From the human T2T-CHM13v2.0 reference genome, Homo sapiens, in NCBI RefSeq assembly GCF_009914755.1, contig NC_060930.1: a stretch of DNA of 64,000 bases. The stretch is one strand, 5' to 3'. This document shows positions 14,441 to 27,982 of the stretch, piece by piece. Every line of letters starts with the position of its first letter. The stretch's first letter is position 1. The notes beneath the pieces are model-generated. The model searched no databases. It saw only the letters and a program-made list of their open reading frames with translations, and was not told the origin of the DNA. The translations under genes and the position numbers were made by a program.

Positions 14441-15619
14441 TGTTTAATGCCGTTTCACTAGTATTCTTGGAACTGTTTCTACATTTCTGTGATTGTTTTT
14501 GGTTGGTAGCTAACACTCGAATGTCCTACATGCTGACACACAGCAGCAAAGAACATAGAGCTTCTAGGCCTGGCTGTTCTTTCTTAGTTGGAAAAGAAAT
14601 AGAATTACCATAAAATGAATTTTAATTGTGTGCGCATGTAAATATAAAGACACTAATTATTTTAATAAATTTTGAGTTCAGCCTTAATAGACTACATAGA
14701 TTGTCCATTATTGTTTAGAAATAAGACCTAAATTAAGTGGTTTAATATTTCTGAAATTAATAAATTGTTTCATACAGTTTTTTTTTTAACCGTAGGCAGT
14801 ACAATTCTCATTTATTCAAATGAAGTGGGGTAGGTAGTGAGAGCTCCATAATGTTAAGGAATTGTTATGGCTCGACAGACGACAGTTTGCTGAGGCATCT
14901 GACCAGCAGCAGAGGCAGGGATGCAGCAGAGTTTCTTTACTCTGCTCTTCCCCCAGTCAGGGTGCACATTCCAGTCCTGCACTGCCATAGCCAGACTGAG
15001 AAACCTTGGACAAGTGGACACCTTGTAGTTGGACAGAGACTGTGGTGGTTCGGGTTGAAGGTAATTGCCCATATTGATGTGATACAAATAGACATTTCCT
15101 AGAGTTCTTTCATCTCTGGGTAATCATCTCTAATTTTGTTTTGCTAAGATAATTACCAGTAGAACTGTAATTTCTCCATTCAGCAGTTGTAGTTAGAATT
15201 TTTATGATCAGTTTATGACTGTGAGCTGCACCTGAAGTATAAGTAGGATCCAAATAACCAGAGGTGATAGGAGGGAAGGGCATGTGAACAGGGCCAGTGG
15301 GTCTGCAGGAAAGGAGTGTGTACAGAAGGTGCAGGGTCAGTGGACAGGGAATGTGTCCACGGAAATGTCCATGAAGCAGAGCAGTCTGTGAAGTGGAGGC
15401 CCGAATGCCGACCAAAATGTGGATACCTGTTACATTATCTAGATCTGTATTCTTTACTTGCACATTGTTTTGTCTTCTGTGTCTAAGAGTATTTTCAAAA
15501 TATATTTCGTGATGCATTGTCTTGACTTTTGATCAAATTCCATTTTTATGATCAACCTTGAATAGACCTTTTAGATTTTAATGGGTGTTTTGAATTGAGG
15601 TCTCTAATAATCATGAATG

Positions 15620-15748
15620 CTTTTTAAAATTTTTTTGTAGAGACAGGATCTCGCCATGTTGCCTAGGCTGGTTGTGAACTCTTGGCCTCAAGCAGTCCTC
15701 CCGCCACAGCCTCCCAAAGTGTTGGGATGACTCCCACCATGCCTGGCC
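15620..15748 (-). mobile_element. FLAM/Alu monomer, antisense
   Basis: Single arm; flanking duplication ATCATGAATGCTT. Confidence 0.88.
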
Positions 15749-18370
15749 CTATCATGAATGCTTATTTCCTTAAATGAAAACCTCCTTTTGTGACAAACAG
15801 ATATACTTATAAATTCAGTTTACTTGGAATTAAAAGAAGTGGTTATTACTTAGAATTCAGATAAATTCTGAATATATAAGAAAATAGAATGTGTCTTATT
15901 TGTGCCTTTCCTGACAATCATGGATTTGAGTTCCCTTCCTAAAAGGGCGCATTGGGTGCCAGAGCCTGAAGTGCTTTTGTATCTATCTTTCTAAACTAGT
16001 AATTTTACAGTTTTATTGCTAACCCATATATAATGGGCATATCGGTTGCTTCTTAACTTACTATTTATTCAGTAAAATTACAGACCTCCTCATCGTAGGT
16101 TTTTAAAATAGGAAATTGGCCAAATTCCTTATTGATCAATGTTGGTAAACTATAAGTCAACCTAATTGAGAAGCTCTTCTGGAAGGGATAGAGCTCCTTA
16201 TATTCAAGAAGCTTCTAATGGAGTTGGAGGAAGGAGCCATTTGCAGAGGTAGCTGTAATGCAGGACACAGTGACTCACTGCTCAAAGAGAACAAAGAGAA
16301 TCCAATGTGATGAGAACATAAGTGAATGATGATACCTTCCCTGACACTGGGAAGGTGAGTGGGCTGGCAGGTGAGCCTCGGAGGTGAATGGAGAGGATTT
16401 GGGCATATATCTTGCATCAGAAAGACACTTGGTGTAGAGAGAACATCAACCAAGTCATGAACATGAGTCAGATAGAATGGGAAGAGGTGAGGGGCGATTT
16501 GGGTGGAGAATGACGAGAGAGGTTCATGGAGCTGTGAATAACTTATGCAGGAAGCTGCTGTGAATTTTTACAGCAGCTGGCAGTTACAAGAGTCTGGTCA
16601 GCATAGTGTGAGCTGAGCTGTGCTTCAGGAAATGTGATTGGATTTAGAGAGACCAGAAGATCAGTCATGAGGAGAGCTTCCTCATTTTGCCAGAATTTGT
16701 CTGAAATTTATAATGTAAACTTCAACCGATTTAAAGATAGGGAGTGCAGTCAAAATATCAGTAGTACATGATCAGTTTTGCTTCAGGATTTAAATTTAGG
16801 CATTAAATTTTCTATTGCATATAGTATGATAAATTACCTACCTTAAAATGGTAGAGGATTTCGGGTTCTTTAAATGCCATGTGCTGTTCATGTGGAGTCC
16901 ACATGTTCAGCTTGCACGTTGGCTGTCTGCTTGTATAGGGTGGCTAGGAAGGAAAAGAGCCTAGTGGTTGCCCTCAGGTATGTGATTACTGCTCTGAATG
17001 AAGGAGTTGAAACATGGAGTAACAGGTGCCACAAAACTGAAGTTTATTGTGAAACTGGAACAAAGACATCTTCCAAAAATGAAAATTGGGAGTGGCAGAA
17101 GAGCTGACTGGCAGGCAGCACCAACTGTGTGTGCAGGGGCTTGGGTTTTAGGGAGAAATGAAACAGTCCTGTTTTCATGTCTGATATCATTCTATTTTAT
17201 GATTTTAAAAAGGGAGTTTTGTTATTACAGTTTGTCTAAGTAACTGTCATTTTTTTGGTCTGTATTAATTGTGATCATGTAAAACATACCAGAAATGGAG
17301 GAAGGAGGCTTGATTTATTGTTCTAAAATATATATTTGGTATTTCCTTGTTTATAATAGTGTCACTAAAAATGCTGTATTACTAATATTATTGCTAAACA
17401 TTTTTCTTGTCAGAGATGATAATAATTGGTTATCTTAGTAAAGGGATGATTTTTATTCTTTACAAGGTCAGTATTACATTAACCGGAAGATAATGCCATG
17501 TGAAAATGTCGTGAGGTGCCCATTCTCACTGACAGTTGGCATTCTGATGTTCAGTAATCATTGCTTTTCTGTAGTCAGGTAGAAAGCAGAGGAAAAAATA
17601 AGTAGTGCTTGTAGAACTTTTTAAAAACTGACCTAGGGTACCAGCTGGAAGGGAATAGGCATGCAGCATTTTCAGGAAAAGAAGAAGAAGGACTATCAGC
17701 GCTCCAACTAAAATTATTAGTGGATGACCACAGATAAACTCTGCTGAAGAATAGAAGAAGCTCCCAAACGGCAAAGGTGTTTGTCTGGTTTGTTCATTGA
17801 TGTGTACGTGGAGCTTAGGACAATACAGGCGCTCGATGGATATTTGTTCCGTGAATGAAATTGTCGTTTAAACAGCCAAGTTGTAGAATTAAAGTTATTC
17901 ATGAATCACATAAAATTATTAAATGTGTGAAAAAATTCAGTTAATGAGATTATGTATGAGGGATTACCTGATTTAACAAATAGGGGCGGTGAGGAGGGTG
18001 CTGTGTCTTAGAAGTATTTTTCCGTAGTGTGTCTTAGGTCCCTAGATTCAAGGAAACCCAACATTGTCACAGATAGAGTGAGGCAAAAAGCATATGTATT
18101 ATTCTTTTCTAAGTGATATGCTAAAATTCAGAAAGTTGCTGTTTATTGAGTGCCTGCTGTATATTTTATCTTTTATTTTTGAAATTTTAAATTTATAAAA
18201 AGCTCAGTCTTTGCCAACTATCCCAGTCATGCTTTTTATGGCAAAAGGATCTGTTCAAGGACCACAGGTTGTATTTGGCTGTTGTGGTGTGTGGACTATG
18301 GTGAATGATTTCTAGAGGGAGGTAGCAAGTGGGCCATGAGGCATCTGGGACTGGGCTGGAGACTTGCATT

Positions 18371-19345
18371 GAGGTGAGAGTGGAAACCATCCACAGGAAA
18401 GATGGGTGGACAGACACAGAGAGATGTAGGGGTGAGGGTGGAAACCATCCACAGGAGAGATGTGTGGACAGACACAGAGGGATGTAGGGGTGAGGGTGGA
18501 AGCCATCCACAGGAGACATGTGGACAGACACAGAGGGATGTAGGTGTGAGGGTGGAAACCATCCACAGGAGAGATGTGTGGACAGACACAGAGGGATGTA
18601 GGGGTGAGGGTGGAAGCCATCCACAGGAGACATGTGGACAGACACAGAGGGATGTAGGTGTGAGGGTGGAAACCATCCACAGGAGAGATGTGTGGACAGA
18701 CACAGAGGGATGTAGGGGTGAGGGTGGAAGCCATCCACAGGAGACGTGTGGACAGACACAGAGGGATGTAGGGGTGAGGGTGGAAACCATCCACAGGAGA
18801 GATGTGTGGACAGACACAGAGGGATGTAGGGGTGAGGGTGGAAGCCATCCACAGGAGACGTATGGACAGACACAGAGGGATGTAGGGGTGAGGGTGGAAA
18901 CCATCCACAGGAGAGATGTGTGGACAGACACAGAGGGATGTAGGGGTGAGGGTGGAAACCATCCACAGGAGAGATGTGGACAGACACAGAGGGATGTAGG
19001 GATGAGGGTGGAAACCATCCACAGGAGAGATGTGTGGACAGACACAGAGGGATGTAGGGATGAGGGTGGAAACCATCCACAGGAGAGGTGTGTGGACAGA
19101 CACAGAGGGATGTAGGGATGAGGGTGGAAACCATCCACAGGAGAGGTGTGTGGACAGACACAGAGGGATGTAGGGGTGAGGGTGGAAACCATCCACAGGA
19201 GAGGTGTGTGGACAGACACAGAGGGATGTAGGGGTGAGGGTGGAAACCATCCACAGGAGAGGTGTGTGGATAGACACAGGAGGGATGTAGGGATGAGGGT
19301 GGAAACCATCCACAGGAGAGGTGTGTGGACAGACACAGAGGGATG
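18371..19345. repeat. Intronic minisatellite, about 17 units of 56-59 bp
   Basis: Unit ggtgagggtggaaaccatccacaggagagatgtgtggacagacacagagggatgtagg; GTGGAA starts at 18380, 18438, 18496, 18552 ... 19299. Confidence 0.97.
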
Positions 19346-19579
19346 ACGAGGTGAACAGATGGAAAATTCAGATCAAAAGCTGCAAAGGAGAATACTTGAT
19401 TTTGCTTTCTGTAGAACTTTTATAAACTTAGTTGCCAGATAATGTAACCCATGAAATTTGAAGTATATACTGCTCTCCAAAATGGAGTTGCTTTGTTAAA
19501 TTAAGAAATACTATACTGTTTTTAAAATGAGATATGTAATGGATGGTTTTATGCTTACAAAATTTGACCTGCTACAGGC

Positions 19580-19620
19580 GTTTTGTTTTGGTTTGGTTTG
19601 GTTTGGTTTGGTTTGGTTTT
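19580..19620. repeat. (TTTGG)n pentanucleotide microsatellite
   Basis: Read directly. Confidence 0.9.
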
Positions 19621-20648
19621 TCCCTGAGGGGATAAAGGGAGTCAGGATCAACAGTGCTGGCCAGTCAGGCTGTCTTCTGTAAACTTAACTTGTTAACTAA
19701 AGGGGACAAATGCGAGTGGTTTCCAAGTGAAAATTACATAGCTCCAGGGTGTTACAGAAAATCTGTTTTAACTAAGTCATGTGTTGAATCGTATCTTCGT
19801 ACCTTTCTGTGCTGTATTTTTACTCTTACCGTACAGTGCCTCGCAGTGATTGAAATGGATTTGTATTTGTCTTCAATCGTTGTGACCTAAGGAATTATGC
19901 TCAGTTGTATAACCTTGTCCATAATATCTAAGTAAGATTTCATGCGTAGGACTGCTTTCTTTGATAGTTGCAATAAATTACCCAAAATTTTGATTGTTAT
20001 AGGGTTAGGTTTAGTATAGTCGTGGTATCCAAGTAGAATATTGGTGATTCTGAAAACAATTATATATAGAACTTAAGTCTATGTAACAGAATTTTATTCT
20101 TTCATAATATATCAATTCTATGTGAATTGGGTCTTGTTGCTTTGATATTTATTTACAGTTACAGTACATGAGTTATAATACTGATTATTTTCTGTATGAT
20201 TTTCTCTTACTAAGTTCCTCTGTTTGCCACAAGAAGTTTTTTTATCATTTAAAATCTTAAACTATACGTATGAAAAGAACAAGGGTATAAGGGAGGATAT
20301 AGGTAAATGGTGAAATGTAAAAATACTGTACTAGGTTGCTTTTTGTATTAAAATGATTGATAGTATATATCATGCAGGTAGTTTTTAGTTTGCTTACACT
20401 TGTGGCTGTTCAGAACTATTCTTAAATTAACTTCAGGATTCCAAGTCTCTGTTTTACTCTCATCATTAACTGATGCATGAATAACTGATTTTTCATACTT
20501 GTAATTTTCATGTAAAAATGAGAACCAGGACTTTGTTGCAGTTATCTGTGTACATGTTGGGTGGTTTTATTTTTGTTTTACTTTCCTGCATAGTGCATTT
20601 CTTACAATATATCTTCAATGCAGTGTTTTCGCCTTGTTTTTGCAATAG

Positions 20649-20714
20649 GGTGCTGGTCAAGATAAACTAGGAATCTACGTGAAGTCGGTTGTGAAAGGAG
20701 GTGCTGCAGATGTG
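20649..20714 (+). CDS. AFDN: Afadin PDZ exon, GAGQDKLGIYVKSVVKGGAADV
   Basis: tgcaatag|GGT ... GTG|gtcagt; 66 nt, phase 0/0; alternative GT 3 nt upstream. Confidence 0.96.
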
Positions 20715-20921
20715 GTCAGTATCATTTTGAAAGAAGTACATTTTCAGTGTGTCATATATTCAGCAAATGATGTGAGAGATTCTGCTGATACTTCTAGTTA
20801 TGTAGCACTATAGTGCTTGTTGGAAGAACAAATAGAGTATCTACTCATCATTACCTTTTCTTCCTCCCGCTCTCTTTGCTCTCTACCCCTAATCCATGCA
20901 CACACCTGTGGATTTGCCTAG

Positions 20922-20995
20922 GATGGACGTCTAGCTGCAGGTGATCAGCTCCTCAGTGTGGATGGACGAAGTCTGGTTGGACTCTCTCAGGAAAG
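20922..20995 (+). CDS. AFDN: Afadin PDZ exon, DGRLAAGDQLLSVDGRSLVGLSQE(R)
   Basis: gcctag|GAT ... AG|gtatc; 74 nt; PDZ GD-I/L-V-G motif. Confidence 0.97.
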
Positions 20996-21460
20996 GTATC
21001 ATTGATTTATTTGCTTGAAGCATAGTATTAGCATTTTTAGGTGATTTTTGCATTAAATGTTGAAATTGGAAGATAAAAACTATGCTAAAACGTGCTCATA
21101 TTACTCTTTACCTTTTATAGTGTACGTGACATTTCACTTGTTATCAAATTATAAATATATATTTTAATCTAGTACAGTTTCTTTGAAACTTGAAAGAAAC
21201 ATACTCAACACTTCTTTAAATTTCTGAATATTATCTTACTATTCTTAAAATGATAACAGGAGATGTGTTTGCCTATTTTCATAGTCAGTTTTCAAAGGAG
21301 AAAATGGGTAGTGAGTAAGCTGTCTGGAAGTCAGAACCATTACTCAAAATAATAGATGAAGCTGTGTAACATGATTTTCCATTGCTATAATCACAGCGAT
21401 TCATGACAGAGCAGGCACTGCGTTTTAGTCTTTCTTACATGTGTAATCTTCTTCTCCTAG

Positions 21461-21579
21461 GGCGGCAGAACTCATGACAAGAACAAGCTCTGTGGTGACA
21501 CTGGAAGTAGCAAAGCAGGGTGCCATCTACCACGGTCTGGCCACCCTTCTCAATCAGCCATCCCCCATGATGCAGAGAA
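21461..21579 (+). CDS. AFDN: Afadin exon, PDZ C-terminal part, AAELMTRTSSVVTLEVAKQGAIYHGLATLLNQPSPMMQR
   Basis: cttctcctag|G ... A|gtaagg; 119 nt = 1 + 117 + 1, phases consistent with neighbours. Confidence 0.97.
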
Positions 21580-22089
21580 GTAAGGACCAGTAGGGAAACA
21601 ACAGTGTTTTACAGTCATGGCCTCTTTGAATGGTCACAAAACCCCCATGGAGGAGGTACTGGTGTTACTATCGCCCCAGTTTTAAAGAGAAAGAAATTGA
21701 GGATGAGAGCGCTTCAGCACAGTGCCTGGGATTCCCATGTGAACCTTCTGACCTTGGAGCCCACACTGTGAGTCACCAGGACCCCTCCCTGTCACCAGGA
21801 GCCATTTAACTTCACCCCCACAGGGCTGGTTGACTGCTGGTGAGCTTCCATAGGCCCGGCACATAGTAGGTGCTCAGTAGAGAATGAATGTGACGTGTTA
21901 AGGATGAACTGGGAAAAAAACTAAAGAATGAATGAATGGATTTTCAGTTTTGATAGGCAGACTCAGGATTTAAAGTGTTTAAAGAATAAATTCAGTTCTT
22001 CACTGAAGAAATAGGCATCTATTTGTATATGAGTAGTTACCTTAGTCCTGCATTTGCTGAGATAAGGCATGATGATCTCATTCTGTATA

Positions 22090-23244
22090 CAGTCATGCTC
22101 ACCTGGCAAGGGGGATCCATTCTGAAAAATTCGTCCTTAGTTTATCTCATCATTGTATATACGTCACAGTGTACTACACAAACCTAGATGGTGTAGCCTA
22201 TTGCTCCTAGGCTGTAGACCTGCACAGCGTGTCACTGTACTGAATACTGCAGGCAACTGTAATTCAGTGGGAACATATCTTCACATAGAAAAACTACAGT
22301 TAAAAAAAAAAAAAGTGGAAGAGTAACAATGCTAGACCCATAGAAGGCCACTTAACCCTGAGTGGAGCTTGTAGGATGGAAGTTGCTCTGGGTGCGTCCA
22401 CGAGTGAGTAGTGAGTGAATGTGAAGGCCCAGGACATGGCCATGACTACTGTGGACTTTATCAACACTCTACACTTAAGCTACACTAAATTTACAAATAT
22501 ATATATATATTTCTTTAATAGTAAATTAACCTTAGCTTGCTGTAACTTTACTACATAAAATTTTAAATTAAAAAAAACCTTTTGACTCTTTTGTAATAAC
22601 ACTTGGCTTAAAACACAAACATGTTGTACAACTGTACAAAATATTTTCGTTCTTTCTATGCTTATTCCATAAGTGATTTTCTATTTTTTTTTTTAATTTA
22701 TCTTTTCATCTTTTTGGTTAAAATCTCGTACATAAGCACACACATTAGCTTCGGCCTGCACAGGGTCAGGATTATCAGTGTCACTGTCTTCCACCTCCAC
22801 ATCTGGTCCCACGGGAAGGTCTTCAGGGGCAGTGACATGCCATGGAGCCATCACCTCCTGTGGTGACAATGCCTTTTTCTGGAAGGCTTCCTGACAGACC
22901 TGCCTGGGGCTACTTGACCATTAACTCTTTTTATAAGTAAAGGGAGTACACTCTAAAATAACAATAAAAAATATAGTATAGTAAAATATATAAACAAGCA
23001 ACCCAGTCGCATATTACATTATCAAGTATTATATACCGTGTATAATTGTATGAACTATACTTGTATACAGCTAGCAGTGCAGTCTGGCACGACCACAAAC
23101 ACGAGGAATCATTGTACTACAGCTTTACACTGGCTAAGATCATTTAGAAGATAGGGATTTTTCAGCTCCGTTTTAATCTTAGGAGACCACTGTCACGGAT
23201 GTGGTTCATCATTGACCAAAATGGGCTTATTTGGTTCATGACTG
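22090..23244 (+). mobile_element. Tigger3b/Golem-like non-autonomous Tc-mariner element
   Basis: Terminal inverted repeats CAGTCATG ... CATGACTG with TA on both sides; internal acaaacctagatggtgtagccta. Confidence 0.85.
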
Positions 23245-24228
23245 TAATTCACTTAAACATCTTAATTATTTAAATAATTTATTTTCTGGAACTGTGGTTT
23301 TACAGCTACATCAAAAAGAATCTCAGGATAAAATCAATACAAATTTAGGGCTTTTAAAATAATTAGTTCAGACACAATAGGAGAAAACCATTGTGATTCA
23401 TAGCACAACTTGTTAAATGTATACATAGACTTCTAAATATGGCCTTTATGGCTTTCTCCTCCGTAAGGCAGGATTCTAGAAACCTCACAACCCAGAACCT
23501 CAAGTTGGTACCTAATAGTAACAAATCACAGCCACAGCCAAGGCATCAGAGAACGTGACTTGCTGCTTCTTGAAGCAAACACACACCACCCAAGGGGCAG
23601 CTCAACAAAACCTCGTGTGGTATTGTCTGCCTTGCTCAGCATGTTGTTTACTTTTTATGTCACGTAGAACTTAACATCTTGGTTGTCTAATTTCTTAGTT
23701 AGTGGTCATTTAAAAGAAGCAAACTAGAATGTGAGTTAGAAATCACAGAGGGAAGCTGTGAATAGTAGATGATAAACCAGGGTGAGCAAGCAAAAAGGAG
23801 GAGAACTGACAGAAGCGGCCGCCAGGAGCGGAAGGCTCACGTCACATGACGGCTGCTCAGAACGATGACGCTGGGCGATTAAAAGTTCAGATTTTTTTCT
23901 ACAAAGTCAGGGAAACATATATATCTTTATTGATTTTTTTTTTAAAGATACTTTAAAAATGGTTAGATTTGTTGCTTAAAATAGTGAAGTTTCAGTTAAT
24001 GAGAAAATAAGCTTTGAAAGTGTTTATCTTCCCATCATTACTAATTAAGTAAAAATATTTTCTTTATTCTCAGTATATTTACTTAAAAGCTGTTTTATGA
24101 TTTCTGTAGGAAGAATTGACCTTTATCACCTTATTTCTTATGCTAAGAACAATTCTTATGGAATTTTAATGATAATCAGGGTGTTGAAAATAAAATCTTA
24201 AGAGATACTGAATATGCTTTGATTCCAG

Positions 24229-24423
24229 TTTCAGATCGTCGTGGCTCAGGTAAACCCCGACCAAAGAGTGAAGGCTTTGAGCTCTATAATAATTCAACTC
24301 AAAATGGGTCTCCTGAGAGTCCTCAGCTGCCTTGGGCAGAATATAGTGAACCAAAGAAATTGCCTGGTGATGACAGACTGATGAAAAATAGAGCTGATCA
24401 CCGTTCCAGCCCCAACGTAGCAA
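24229..24423 (+). CDS. AFDN: Afadin exon, (I)SDRRGSGKPRPKSEGFELY...HRSSPNVA
   Basis: gattccag|TT ... GCAA|gtaaga; 195 nt; matches ORF-track 24219..24479. Confidence 0.95.
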
Positions 24424-24697
24424 GTAAGAGTGACACTTTTTTGCTTCCTAAGTACACTTGTGATCACAGTCTGAAGTGAGAGGAGGCACTTTGTGGTTTG
24501 TTAATTATTAAAATTATTCTCTGCAAACATTGGCTAACTAGGATATGGTTTTCATAAGGGATATCATAAGTAACATTTCTCTAACAAAAACTAAGATGGA
24601 AAAACTTTAGATTCAGTTGATCCCATAAGCAAATACATTAATAACATCTCTATTTGGGGTTGGTAAATTACCAAGAGAAACTAAAATATGTTTTACA

Positions 24698-24998
24698 TTT
24701 TTTTTTTTCTTTGAGACGGAGTCTCACTCTCTCGCCCAGGCTGGAGTGCAGTGCAGTGGCGCGATCTCGGCTAACTGCAAGCTCCACCTCCTGGGTTCAT
24801 GCCATTCTCCTGCCTTAGCTTCCCGAGTGGCTGGGACTATGGGCGCCCACCACCACGCCCGGCTAATTTTTTGTATTTTTAGTAGAGACGGGGTTTCACC
24901 ATGTTAGCCAGGATGGTCTCGATCTCCTGACCTCGTGATCTGCCCGCCTTGGCCTCCCAAAGTGCTGGGATTACAGGCTTGAGCCACCATGCCCAGCC
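24698..24998 (-). mobile_element. AluY-like element, antisense
   Basis: Diagnostic ctgcaagctcc, gccattctcc, ttagccaggatgg; flanking duplication ATAT(G/T)TTTTACATTTT. Confidence 0.93.
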
Positions 24999-25371
24999 AA
25001 TATTTTTTACATTTTTAAAGGGTTGTTAACAAAGAGAAGAAGAAATAATAGAAGGATATGCAGCAGGAGACAAAGGCTCACAAAGCCTAAAGTATTTACT
25101 TTCTGGCCTATTACCAAAAATGTTTACCAGTCCCTGGCCTGATACACAGAGCTACAAAGGTTTTTTTGTAGCTCTGGGCTCTGATTATTTAAAAGATGGA
25201 TGTGGATATGACAAGACCTGATTTCTTACCTGCCTTGATTATTTTTTTTCATCTCTGTGCTGGATACTCACTAGCAGTATGAAGATGAATGAGGTCTTTA
25301 AGGAAATTTCATGTTATATATAGGTTGTTTATTTAATATTACACTTTTTTTTTCCCCCCTGACTTGAGCAG

Positions 25372-25463
25372 ATCAGCCTCCTAGTCCTGGAGGGAAAAGT
25401 GCATATGCCTCTGGAACAACAGCGAAGATAACATCTGTCTCTACTGGAAACCTCTGCACTGAG
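25372..25463 (+). CDS. AFDN: Afadin exon, (N)QPPSPGGKSAYASGTTAKITSVSTGNLCTE
   Basis: Polypyrimidine tract, gagcag|AT ... GAG|gtctga; 92 nt. Confidence 0.95.
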
Positions 25464-25811
25464 GTCTGATTGATTGATAAGCAAAAGGCTTCTACTGCAT
25501 TTCCATCCTTAGGGTTCCCTTTGGACATCTCAGTTATCTAGTACAATTTTTACTCTGAATTAGCATTGATTATAATTTCTAAATTTGCAGTGTTTTATCT
25601 TTTGATTTTTAATATACTAGTCAGGTAAATCAGTTTTAAATTAATAAGTCTGGGCAAAATGAAATGTTATTTATTCTCAGTATGGATCAAACACTTTTTA
25701 ATGCAGTATTTAACATATACTATTTTTTAAATTTTAAAACAGATCATTGAAAATCAAGTTAGTCTGTATGGTTGTAAAAAGCTCACTTTTTTTGTTCTTC
25801 ACATTTTACAG

Positions 25812-25997
25812 GAGCAGACGCCTCCGCCTAGACCTGAAGCCTACCCCATTCCCACTCAGACGTACACCAGAGAGTATTTTACCTTCCCAGCTTCCAAATC
25901 CCAGGATCGGATGGCTCCTCCTCAGAACCAGTGGCCAAATTATGAGGAAAAGCCACATATGCACACAGATAGTAATCATTCCAGTATTGCAATTCAG
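25812..25997 (+). CDS. AFDN: Afadin exon, EQTPPPRPEAYPIPTQTYTREYFTFP...HSSIAIQ (proline-rich)
   Basis: ttttacag|GAG ... CAG|gttaga; 186 nt, phase 0/0. Confidence 0.96.
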
Positions 25998-27915
25998 GTT
26001 AGAAATCAAAGATTCCACACACTTTTCTCACCTCTCAAGGAGGACACACTGAGTTCTGAGACACAATTAATATTTTCTATAGAACAGCATTGTTGGCCTT
26101 TTGTTTTTCCTTTAATGGTTTTGTGGTTAAGTTTGAGGAAAAAAGGAGACAGGATAGAATACTTAATAAGAAAAAGGATTATCTGTTCTCTGATGTTTGA
26201 TTAACAAAATGTTAGGAATATAAGGCCTTACAATTTTTAAGACAAAGTTCACTGATTCTAGAAGTGAGAAATTAGAACTCAAGTGGTGTATTTTGCACTG
26301 TATCAGGAGCTATCCCTGCCTGTGGGAGCTCATGGTGTGGCAGGGAAATGAGACAGACACAACAGACACAGCATGGTCAGTGCTGTGGGAGAAGAGGCCC
26401 CAGCAGGGGATGGAGCTTCTCAGTCTTGGACGAGAACCTGGGCACAGCTGTATGCACGGAAGGGCCTTCCAGGAGGAGGGAAAGGCACAGAGATGTGTAG
26501 TAGTTCAGCAGGAACCCTGGGTAGAGGGGAAAGGGGTGGCAAGATCTAAGGCAGTGAAGATAGGCGGGGCCAGACAGAAGGGCTTGACATGACAGCTAAG
26601 GAATTTGATTTTTGTCCACATTAGTAGACGGGTGATGCCAATCTGAGTAGTTAAGCTGGGGAACGTTATCCAATGTGGTTTTCTTTTTAGAGAGATAACT
26701 GTTTGTATGGTGAAGGATTGGGAGAAGAAATTAAAGGTATGCTTAAAAATAGTTACAGTCTAGGATCTGTAACAAATACATGCCCTGGATCGCAGACGCT
26801 CTAGGAATTCTGAAGATTAGCATTCTTAGAGTGGTTGGAAAAGACAGAATTCAGAGTTGAGATGGAATTTGAGCTGAGCCTTGAAGAATGAGAACAGTAG
26901 GCAGCGGAGAGAGGATTGCACTGAGGAGATGGACGCTGTGATACAGATGAGGAGGAGCCTGTTTTCTGACGGCAGAAAATGCTCCTCAGGCCACAGATGT
27001 TGGCTATCAGGAGATTTCATCTTGGCCTTTTGTCTGGTGTGCTGGTCCATCCTGCTGTTTTCCTAGGTGGGCCTGATCACCTGCAACGGCCCAGTCTTGG
27101 GAGTTTTGGATGCACTCTGTCACCAAAAGCTGGAGTTATCTGGGAGAAGGTGTCTTTCTCCAAATTTCTCTTTAAAAATTGAGTAATTTTGTGCCCTAGT
27201 CCTTCTAGTATCTTTTGTTAGAACGTAGGAGAATCTGCTTCCCATATGTCAAGACAACCCAATTTGTAGTGCATACATTGAATCCCATTTTTATGCACAG
27301 TATTTCCTGTTGTGTGGGGCTGGCATTACGTCTTCACATTTATAGTATACAGCTGCTACTTGTTTCTACCTCACAACATGGATAAACAATACCTAGAGGA
27401 GAGAGTTGAGGAACTGAGAGGCAGGCCAGAGTGTGGAATGAAAAGTTATGATGGGGTTTAAGCGAGGAGGTGGAGAGTGCGAGCCAGCAGCCGGGGCCAG
27501 TGCAAAGTCTTAAGGGAGCAGAGAAGTGACTCAGGTCAGCCCTTCCGGCAGCAGGGAGCGGCGGTAGGCACAGTCTCTGTTTTTATGTGGTCCATAGATT
27601 TTATACCCCAGTAATGAGACTCTGTGTACTAAGTAAAGCTCTAGCAAAATGTTGGGAGTAAATGTTCCATTTTTCTGTGAGACTACTGCTTTTTGAAGTG
27701 ATACTTCATCTTTGTTGTTGGTTTGCTTTTTAAGGAAAAGGAAATAATTTGTTTTCCTGGTTTACATCTTTAATTTGTATTCAGTAACAGGGCAGGAAAA
27801 AGATGCTTGATTCAGACCTCATAGTGATCATGTTTATCTGAGTAGACTCCTTTCATATGTGCCATTTCTCAGATTTTAGACTAGCCCTTTGGAAAAAGTA
27901 TACTCATTTTTCTCT

Positions 27916-27920
<5 letters not shown>

Positions 27921-27947
<27 letters not shown>

Positions 27948-27982
27948 CATTTCTCTCTGTCTCTCACAGACACACACACACA
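27921..27982. repeat. (TG)n tract followed by (CA)n tract
   Basis: Read directly. Confidence 0.85.

Noticed and set aside
18371-19345. CRISPR-like appearance (periodic, partly palindromic units; also 53637-54360)
   Set aside because: No unique spacers and no cas genes; head-to-tail eukaryotic minisatellites
18193-19346. ORFs of 237-353 aa in several frames
   Set aside because: Minisatellite artefacts
27935-27982. TG/CA stem-loop as a structured RNA
   Set aside because: Explained by two adjacent opposite microsatellites
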